The notes under the pieces were generated by a model, which was not told where the DNA came from, ran no database searches, and worked only from the letters and a program-made list of their open reading frames with translations. A stretch of 64,000 nt of DNA from the NCBI GenBank assembly GCA_965223325.1, contig CBDCWI010000001.1, positions 1,888,001 to 1,952,000 of the forward strand. The letters run 5' to 3'. Within the stretch, counting starts at the first letter, position 1; the number at the start of each line of letters is the position of its first letter. This DNA comes from Candidatus Multivoradales bacterium (GTDB lineage Bacteria; Acidobacteriota; Thermoanaerobaculia; Multivoradales; Multivoraceae). This document shows, piece by piece, positions 57,351-64,000 of this stretch. A program made the position numbers and the translations under genes.

Positions 57351-59390
57351 TCAGCCGTCGACGTAACCCAGGGCCTCGAGGCGCTCGAGGGTTTCCTGGT
57401 CGTAGGCGGCGCCGGTGTTCTCCTCGATCTCGCGCAGGCTCTCCCACAGCGAGGCCAGGAGCGCACGGAACTCGCGGACCCTTCTCTTCTTGCGCAGGCG
57501 CAGGTTGTCGCGCTCCTTCGGATCCTGATCGAGGCGGTAGAGCTCGTCGTACGAAGGGCGCTTCGGGAAGTGGATCAGCTTCCACGGCGGCGCACGCAGA
57601 ACCCGCATTTCCGGCCCTGTCTGGTTGGCAGCCGAAAGCACCGGCGGCCGTGGCGGCTGGCGTTCACCGGCACGCTTGCGCGTCAGGTGAACTTCGAAGC
57701 TGCGCCCGGAGAGTTGGCCGGGTTCTATCGGCAGGTCGTAGCGTTCGGCCATCGTCGGAAAGATGTCGATGTGTGAAAGGAGCATCGCATCCTGGACCGT
57801 CTCCTCGGGAGCGCCTGCCCTTCCAGGGCGCGGTCGGACCAGGAGCGGAACGCGCAGGAGCTCCTCGTACATCGCATGTCCGTGTCCGTAGGTCTCTGGC
57901 TCTCGATCTCCGGTGGTTCGTGCACGATGCTCATCCGAAGGCATCATCTCGCCATGATCGGAGACGATCCAGATCTCGGTTTGCTCCGGCGGGAGGAACG
58001 ACGCTGTGTTCTCGAGCAGAGCGGCGAGCTCAGCAACGACGAAACGCGTTTCGTTCCAGTAGAGCTCCTCCTGCCCCGCCGCCCAGGGAGCCGGTGGTGG
58101 TTCAGCACGCGGGCGTTCATGCAGCGGAGCGTGCGGATCCATGAAGTGAACCCAGGCAAACAACGGTAGGCCACTCTTGGTCACTTCCGGCAGGCGACGT
58201 TCGAACAGCCGCCGCACACGCGGTGCAGGCGCATAGATTTCGCGCTCGATCCAACCAGCGCGCACGAACGGGGTGAGCGTTGGAAGCTTGCCGGTAGTGG
58301 CCTGGAGGACTTCGAAGCGATCGAAGCCGCGGGAGATGCCACTCGCTGGGTGGAGAAGCGGGTTGGTCACCAGCCCTTCGGTGGCGTAGCCCGCCGCCCG
58401 AAAGCTCTCGGCCAGGGTGCCGACTTCAGGCGAGAGGGCACCGATCGGGCGACCGATGTCCAGGCCACGGGTCAGTCCGAAGCCGTGCTCCTCTGGGTAG
58501 CGGCCGGTATGAATCGAGCCCATTGAGGGCGCCGTCCAGGGGGCCGCCGCGACCAGCTGGGAGAACTCGACGATCGGCCCGAGGGCCTTCTGGAGACGCG
58601 CGCCTTCGGCGGTCTCAGCCAGCACCTGGGTAAACACGTCGTGGCGTTGGGTGTCGATGACCAGCAACAACACGTGCGGCGCATCCGACGCGGCCTCGAC
58701 ACGCTCGGCCGGCGCGTCGAGCTGCCGGGATTCCGACGGCCAACGATCGGCGCGCACCAGGGCAGTGACCACGACAGCGGCCAGCAGCGCTCCGATCGCC
58801 AACCCTGCGACCAGCGCCCGAACAGAAAGGCGGCGCGCCGCGAAGATCAGCCCGAGCGCGGCGAAGGCAAGGAGAGCATCGAGTGCGAGGGCGAGCGGTT
58901 CGAAGGGTAGTCGCACCAGGTTGCGGTTGACCGCAAGCCCGAGGGCGATCGCCAAAGAAAAGACCCAAGCGCTCCAGAAACGTCGGGTGCGCTCGAGGCC
59001 ACCTGCCACCCCCACTGCCACCAGCGGAATGGCCGCAACCACGACGACAGTGACGAGAAGCGCCGCCACCATGCCCACCCGGCCTGCCAGCGCCTGTTGT
59101 ACCCGTTCGAAGACGGCCGGCAGCTGGATGGCGAGCATCGTCCAGGCGAGAAGCTCCGTCGAACGGAGAGGCGCAGGTGCAGTCCGCGCGGCGATCCGGG
59201 CGCCGAAACCAAGGAGCATCGCAACGACTGAGGCCGCAACCACTCCCAACAACAGGTAGAGCGGCAAGTGCTCGACTTGCGGCAACAACCACTCCCCCAG
59301 GGTGAGGTAGACGGACACCACATCGATGAGCACTGAACAGCAGCCGGCCAGGAGGCCAACCATGGGCACGCGCAAGAAAGAGTTGTTCAA
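57351..59390 (-). CDS. Membrane-anchored sulfatase-like / alkaline-phosphatase-superfamily protein
   Basis: About 7 N-terminal TM helices; LLVIDTQRHD, APWTAPSMGSIHTG, HFMDPHAP, SDHGE, GHGH, RLEALGY. Confidence 0.88.
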   Translation of the reverse strand: MNNSFLRVPMVGLLAGCCSVLIDVVSVYLTLGEWLLPQVEHLPLYLLLGVVAASVVAMLLGFGARIAARTAPAPLRSTELLAWTMLAIQLPAVFERVQQALAGRVGMVAALLVTVVVVAAIPLVAVGVAGGLERTRRFWSAWVFSLAIALGLAVNRNLVRLPFEPLALALDALLAFAALGLIFAARRLSVRALVAGLAIGALLAAVVVTALVRADRWPSESRQLDAPAERVEAASDAPHVLLLVIDTQRHDVFTQVLAETAEGARLQKALGPIVEFSQLVAAAPWTAPSMGSIHTGRYPEEHGFGLTRGLDIGRPIGALSPEVGTLAESFRAAGYATEGLVTNPLLHPASGISRGFDRFEVLQATTGKLPTLTPFVRAGWIEREIYAPAPRVRRLFERRLPEVTKSGLPLFAWVHFMDPHAPLHERPRAEPPPAPWAAGQEELYWNETRFVVAELAALLENTASFLPPEQTEIWIVSDHGEMMPSDEHRARTTGDREPETYGHGHAMYEELLRVPLLVRPRPGRAGAPEETVQDAMLLSHIDIFPTMAERYDLPIEPGQLSGRSFEVHLTRKRAGERQPPRPPVLSAANQTGPEMRVLRAPPWKLIHFPKRPSYDELYRLDQDPKERDNLRLRKKRRVREFRALLASLWESLREIEENTGAAYDQETLERLEALGYVDG

Positions 59391-59512
59391 GGGATTCTCT
59401 GGACGGTCATGGGGCTCTCAGGCTACCGCTCGCCGTCTCGCCAGCACGAGCAATGCCTGCCGTGGTTGGAATCAACGGAAATCGCCCTCCCAGGCCGTAG
59501 ACTCTCCGCACC

Positions 59513-61381
59513 TTGCTCACTTCTCCGAACCTTCTCGTTGTTCTCATGGCAGCGTTTCTCGTCGCGGCGGTGGCCGTGATGATAGGCCACCGGCTGCTGC
59601 CACGAGGTGCCAGGCATGTTCCGGGGCCAGCGCGCTGGGCCCTCGCCCTGGCGATTGGCTACGCATCCCTCTCCGCCATGGCCTTCCTCCTCGCCACCCT
59701 GGGGTGGCTCACGGAGGCGACTGCGCGCTGGGCGCTCGCCATCGCTGCGGCCGTCGTGGTTCTGCCTGGCTGGAACAAGAAGGAAAACGACCAGGGGCAA
59801 GAGGAGCCAGAGGAGCAGGAGGAAGTAGGAACCCCACGGCCCGGCTTCGAGAAGTTCGCCCTGGCCGTCTTGCTCGTCGCAGCTGCCCTTCCGCTCGTCC
59901 TCGCCCTCTACCCCTCGGTGGGTTTCGACGCCAACACATACCACCTCGCCCAGGCTCATTCCTTTCTCATGGGCGGATCACTTCCGATCCTCGAGCGCCT
60001 GCGCTATCCGGTCTTTCCCCCTTTTCAAGAACTGCTCTACGCCCTCGTCCTGGCGTTCTCCCCAGGCGAACAGACCGCCAACTTCGCTTCCGCCCAACTG
60101 CTGCACGCCCTCGCTGGCCTTGCGACGGTTCCGCTGGTTGCACTGTGGGTGCGCGCACCGCGCGAGAGGTCTCCGCTAGTGGGTTGGATCGCCGCCGCGA
60201 TGTGGCTCGGAACACCGGTCGTGGTCTACATCTCTTCACTGGCCTACGTCGACCTCGCCCTCACCCTCGCCATCGCTGCAGCGGCAACCTGTGTACTGCA
60301 AGCCTCGACTCTCGGACACCGGGCACCGAGGGACGAGTTGAGTTGGCTCCTGTGTGCAGGACTGCTCCTGGGGGTCGCCATGGGGACCAAGTACCTGGCG
60401 CTCTTTTTCCTTCCTGCCTTTGCTATCGCGTTGGTTGTCCTCTCGCCCCGTCGACCACTCACAGAACGCCTGGGCAGAGCGGGCGTTCTGGTTGCCGTCG
60501 CATCGCTGGTGGCGCTACCGGTGTACCTGCGCCTTTGGACTGCGACCGGCAACCCGCTCTTTCCGTACTACGAGGGGTTCTTCGGTCAGAACGCCTGGAG
60601 CCAGGCGAGCACGCTTCCTCCCGGCGGCTTTGCGACGAAGCTCACGGACCTCGTGCTGGTGTCGATTCGAGGGGCGTTCGACCGCACCTGGCTCGGCGGT
60701 CGGCCGCCGCTCCATCCACTGGCGGCACTTCTGGTCGTGCTGGCCCTCGGATCACTCCCTGGTTCGCACCGCGCTCGGGCGGTTGCGGTTGGGGTGCTCG
60801 CCTACGCCATCCTGTGGACCACGACGGTGATGGACCTGCGCTTTCTGCTGCCGGTCACACCGTTCGTTCTCGCCGGCGCCGCCCTGACCCTGCGGCGCTT
60901 CGTCTCGGGATCGCCGTCGCCACCGGGTCGCAAGCCGGTCATCGCAGCAGCACTGATCGTTGTTCTCGCGACCCCGGGAATCGCCTACGGCGCACGCAAG
61001 CTCTGGCAGCGCGGTGCTCTCCCGGTCAGCGAGGCCCAGCGCACCGCATGGCTCGACGACAGAATCGATGGGTACGGCGCCCTCCGCGCCACCCTCGCTC
61101 GAGACCCGGGAGCGTGTCTCTATGCCGACCGCGCCGAGACGTTGCATGCCTTCGCACCTCGACATGTTCTCGGCGCCCAGTTCGGCCCTGACGCCTACGG
61201 TGAACGACCGGCCGGCGGCGAAGAGCTGGTTGCGTGGTTGCAAGCGCGCGGGGCGAGTCACCTCCTCATTCTCGGTGACGAACCGATCCCCGGTCTCGAG
61301 CGAGCGGCGCTGGTTCTCGCCCAGCAAGGTTCGACCGTCTATCGCATCGACCCAGCCAGCGGCGCCTTCGGCTGCTCGTAG
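59513..61381 (+). CDS. GT-C fold membrane glycosyltransferase (ArnT/PMT-like)
   Basis: Multi-TM; FDANTYHL, AYVDLA, GVAMGTKY, ATGNPLFPY, DLRFLLP. Confidence 0.78.
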   Translation: MLTSPNLLVVLMAAFLVAAVAVMIGHRLLPRGARHVPGPARWALALAIGYASLSAMAFLLATLGWLTEATARWALAIAAAVVVLPGWNKKENDQGQEEPEEQEEVGTPRPGFEKFALAVLLVAAALPLVLALYPSVGFDANTYHLAQAHSFLMGGSLPILERLRYPVFPPFQELLYALVLAFSPGEQTANFASAQLLHALAGLATVPLVALWVRAPRERSPLVGWIAAAMWLGTPVVVYISSLAYVDLALTLAIAAAATCVLQASTLGHRAPRDELSWLLCAGLLLGVAMGTKYLALFFLPAFAIALVVLSPRRPLTERLGRAGVLVAVASLVALPVYLRLWTATGNPLFPYYEGFFGQNAWSQASTLPPGGFATKLTDLVLVSIRGAFDRTWLGGRPPLHPLAALLVVLALGSLPGSHRARAVAVGVLAYAILWTTTVMDLRFLLPVTPFVLAGAALTLRRFVSGSPSPPGRKPVIAAALIVVLATPGIAYGARKLWQRGALPVSEAQRTAWLDDRIDGYGALRATLARDPGACLYADRAETLHAFAPRHVLGAQFGPDAYGERPAGGEELVAWLQARGASHLLILGDEPIPGLERAALVLAQQGSTVYRIDPASGAFGCS

Positions 61382-61388
61382 ACCAGCC

Positions 61389-62423
61389 ATGGGACTGCTG
61401 CGCCGACTGATGACACACCGCCGGGTACCGCTGTGGGCGTTTCACCTGCCCACCGTGCTGGCGATCGCCTGGCACGCTGTCCGGCTACGCTCCTTGCTCT
61501 TCTTTACTGCCGCCAACCCGATGATGGCGCGTTACGGCTTCTCCGGCCTGGCCAAAGACGAAATCATGGAGGGGATCGACGCACGGTTCCTGCCGGCGAC
61601 CGAGGTCGTCTCAAAACGCAACCGAGAGCGGGCCGTCCGGCGCGTCGAGAAGAACCTTCCCGGTCCTCCCTGGGTGGTCAAACCGCGCCGCGGCATGCGC
61701 GGCCGGGGCATCACCCTCGTTCATTCCCTGGAGGAGCTCGAGGAACGGCTTTCGAGCACCACTCATGAGCTGCTCGTTCAGGAGTGGATCGGCCTCCCCC
61801 AGGAGTACGGCGTTCTCTATCGCCGTCTGCCTGGCGAGGCAGAGGGCAGAATTGTTTCGCTCGCCGAGAAGAAGCTCCCGGTGGTGGTCGGTGATGGCGA
61901 GCGTTCCCTGGCGGAGCTGATCGAGGCTCTTTCAGCTCGAGAGCGCGGTCGAGCGGCAAAGTTTCTGGCCGAGCGCCTGGAGGACGTTCCTGCCGCAGGC
62001 CAAGAGGTCGCGATCGAGTTCATCGCCCAACCCTTTCTCGGCACCAGCGTGTTGTCACGCCAAGACGACATCACACAAGCCATGGAACGCTGTTTCGACA
62101 TGGTCTGCGACCCTCTGGACGGTTTCCACTACGGCCGCTTCGATGCCAAGGCTTCGTCGTTGGAGGCGCTCGAACAAGACGGCTTAGAGAGCGGGGAGCG
62201 CTTGGTGTTGCTCGAACTCAACCTCACCGGCAGCATGCCGCTCCACATGTGGGACCCGGAAAACTCGCTTCTCGACATCTATCGCTGCCTTTGGAAGCAC
62301 TGGCGCGATATAGCCGAAGTCTCAAAGAGAACGATTGCGCGAGGCGAAGCGACGATGAAGATCCGCCAGGTCGCTAGTGTGCTCAAGAAGCTACGGCGCG
62401 AGAGCCACGAGCAGTCAAGTTAG
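61389..62423 (+). CDS. ATP-grasp fold protein (carboxylate-amine ligase-like)
   Basis: FFTAANP, VVKPRRGMRGRGI, LVQEWI...EYGVLY, FHYGRFD, LLELN.TGS.P.H.WDP. Confidence 0.8.
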   Translation: MGLLRRLMTHRRVPLWAFHLPTVLAIAWHAVRLRSLLFFTAANPMMARYGFSGLAKDEIMEGIDARFLPATEVVSKRNRERAVRRVEKNLPGPPWVVKPRRGMRGRGITLVHSLEELEERLSSTTHELLVQEWIGLPQEYGVLYRRLPGEAEGRIVSLAEKKLPVVVGDGERSLAELIEALSARERGRAAKFLAERLEDVPAAGQEVAIEFIAQPFLGTSVLSRQDDITQAMERCFDMVCDPLDGFHYGRFDAKASSLEALEQDGLESGERLVLLELNLTGSMPLHMWDPENSLLDIYRCLWKHWRDIAEVSKRTIARGEATMKIRQVASVLKKLRRESHEQSS

Positions 62424-64000
62424 CGAAGAGCGAGGCGCAAACCGACTCGTACGGCGCGCCCCGGCAACGGATAGCCGAGCTGAGACTCTGCATCGCGATC
62501 GAAGAGGTTCTCGAGCCGCAAGCGCAGGGTGACCCGGTCGGTTGCCTGGAAGGTCGCCGCCAGCGAAGCGGTGGCAAACGAGGGTAGCTGCCCTCTGCCG
62601 GTCGGTACCTGTTCATCGAAGCTCGCGCCGCGGTAATCCGCGCGTGCCGCCAGGTGCCAGCGAGCGCGTGACCAACCTACCAAGAGGGAACCGTACTCGT
62701 CGGGTCGCCGTAGAAGCGGCATGCCCGCTCCGCGGTCCTCGGCGTCTTGAACAGTCCCGGTGATACGCAGCTCGAAGTTCTCGCCGATGTCGAGGTCGAG
62801 CCAGCCTTCGACGCCTTCGGTACGGACGGCGCTCCGGTTCTGAAGCTGGAACGAGCTGAAGTCGAAGTCGATGAGATCGCGGTAGTCGGACCGGAAAAGA
62901 GCCAGGCCAGCCTGGATGCCGGGGCGCGCGATCTCGAAGCCAATGTCCATTCCGCGGTTGCTCTCAGGACGGAGCGCTGGGTTGCCGCCCAGTGTGCGTG
63001 GGCTTCCGAGGGCGTAGAAGCTCGGCAGCTTGAAGGCCTCACCCCAGGAGCCGCGCAGAACGTATGGACCGTCCTTCGGCCGCCAGGCCACTCCGACGCG
63101 CGGGCTCCACTCGTCGTCACTCGGCTCGGCGGCAGGTGCGGCGACGCCAGAGGGCGCATCCACGGAGTCGTAGCGCAGACCGGCCTCGAGGGTCAGCGAA
63201 CCGATTCTGGTCTCCGAGCGCTGCTCGACCGTCAGGAACGCGGCCTGCGTCTCGCGCTCCAGCCGATAGTCGCCCGCAAGAGGACCGCCGAGAAACGGCG
63301 GCAGGAACAGGGTGCTCACGTTGACCCCCCGTTCTTCTGCCCACTCGGTTCCGAGGGCCACCAGACCAGAGCGGGAGTCGCCGCCGAAGGTCGTCGAAAG
63401 GTCGTAGAACAACCGCAAACGATCAAAGTTCGTGTCTTCGAGGCCCGGCGGAACCAGCGGCGGGATCGCCGGGTTCAGGCGTTCGGTGCGGTGATCGAAG
63501 ACGCTCAAGTTGAGCGCATGACGGAGCGGAGTTCCGCCGAGGTGACCCCCTTCGCCTTCGCTCGAAACCGCCACCAGCACTTCGTCGTGTGACGAGTCAC
63601 GAACTTCGCCGGTACCACTCAGTGGGCCGCCGGAACCCTCGGCGAAGTCTGCGGTCTCCCACGACACCAGTCGCAGCCGCGTAGCGAGCGAGAAACGACC
63701 GCGGTGTTCGGCACGACCCGAGAAACCGTCCTGTTCGAAGCGATCGGGCACACGGCGCTCGGAAGTTGGCAACCCATCGGTCAGGCGACCGCGCTCGTTC
63801 TCGCTGTGCCCCTGTATGAAGCCGCTCCACTCTGAGTCGCTGCGGGTGAGATTCAGTAGACCCGCCACCCGCCAGCGGTCGAAGCTTCCGACCTCGGCGT
63901 CAAGAGAGAACAGAGAGCTGCCCTCTTCGACACCGGTCACCAGATGAATCACGCCCGCTAGCGCTGCCGAACCGTAGAACGACGACACCGGACCGCGCAG
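62420..64000 (-). CDS. TonB-dependent receptor (BtuB-like), 5' end outside the window
   Basis: End of plug LRGPVSSFYGSAALAGVI; GLRYD, FKLPSF..L, GNP.LRPE, ENLFDR...GYPLPGR. Confidence 0.9.
   Translation of the reverse strand: MRGPVSSFYGSAALAGVIHLVTGVEEGSSLFSLDAEVGSFDRWRVAGLLNLTRSDSEWSGFIQGHSENERGRLTDGLPTSERRVPDRFEQDGFSGRAEHRGRFSLATRLRLVSWETADFAEGSGGPLSGTGEVRDSSHDEVLVAVSSEGEGGHLGGTPLRHALNLSVFDHRTERLNPAIPPLVPPGLEDTNFDRLRLFYDLSTTFGGDSRSGLVALGTEWAEERGVNVSTLFLPPFLGGPLAGDYRLERETQAAFLTVEQRSETRIGSLTLEAGLRYDSVDAPSGVAAPAAEPSDDEWSPRVGVAWRPKDGPYVLRGSWGEAFKLPSFYALGSPRTLGGNPALRPESNRGMDIGFEIARPGIQAGLALFRSDYRDLIDFDFSSFQLQNRSAVRTEGVEGWLDLDIGENFELRITGTVQDAEDRGAGMPLLRRPDEYGSLLVGWSRARWHLAARADYRGASFDEQVPTGRGQLPSFATASLAATFQATDRVTLRLRLENLFDRDAESQLGYPLPGRAVRVGLRLALR

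Overview
High-GC bacterial window, most likely Acidobacteriota; this is inferred from an ADOP-type duplicated permease, an acidobacterial-type VWA protein, a sulfatase-TPR protein and an Oar-like TonB-dependent receptor. It holds about 48 genes, and no rRNA, tRNA or CRISPR array is visible. All family calls come from recognising motifs by eye, not from database searches. Recognised genes include hutU/hutH, a class I lysyl-tRNA synthetase, a K+ channel, two TonB-dependent receptors and several hydrolases. Main points: (1) a hidden PrdB/GrdB-like selenoprotein (in-frame UGA in a U-P-V-C motif with a SECIS-like hairpin) is translationally coupled to a sulfoquinovose monooxygenase cluster (smoC, smoB, an SSS transporter and a GH188-like sulfoquinovosidase) that has no flavin reductase in view; (2) one operon joins a Na+/Ca2+ exchanger and a CASTOR/POLLUX-type channel to a RimB / RimK(+RCK_C) / deacylase polyglutamate module; (3) a 272-bp MITE with a CTAG duplication is inserted in frame into a carboxylesterase signal peptide, and the empty site can be reconstructed; (4) there is a second MITE, a RAYT transposase bracketed by 20-bp inverted repeats, and a duplicated three-hairpin element; (5) three sigma-54 promoters and two near-identical SigW-like ECF promoters are present.
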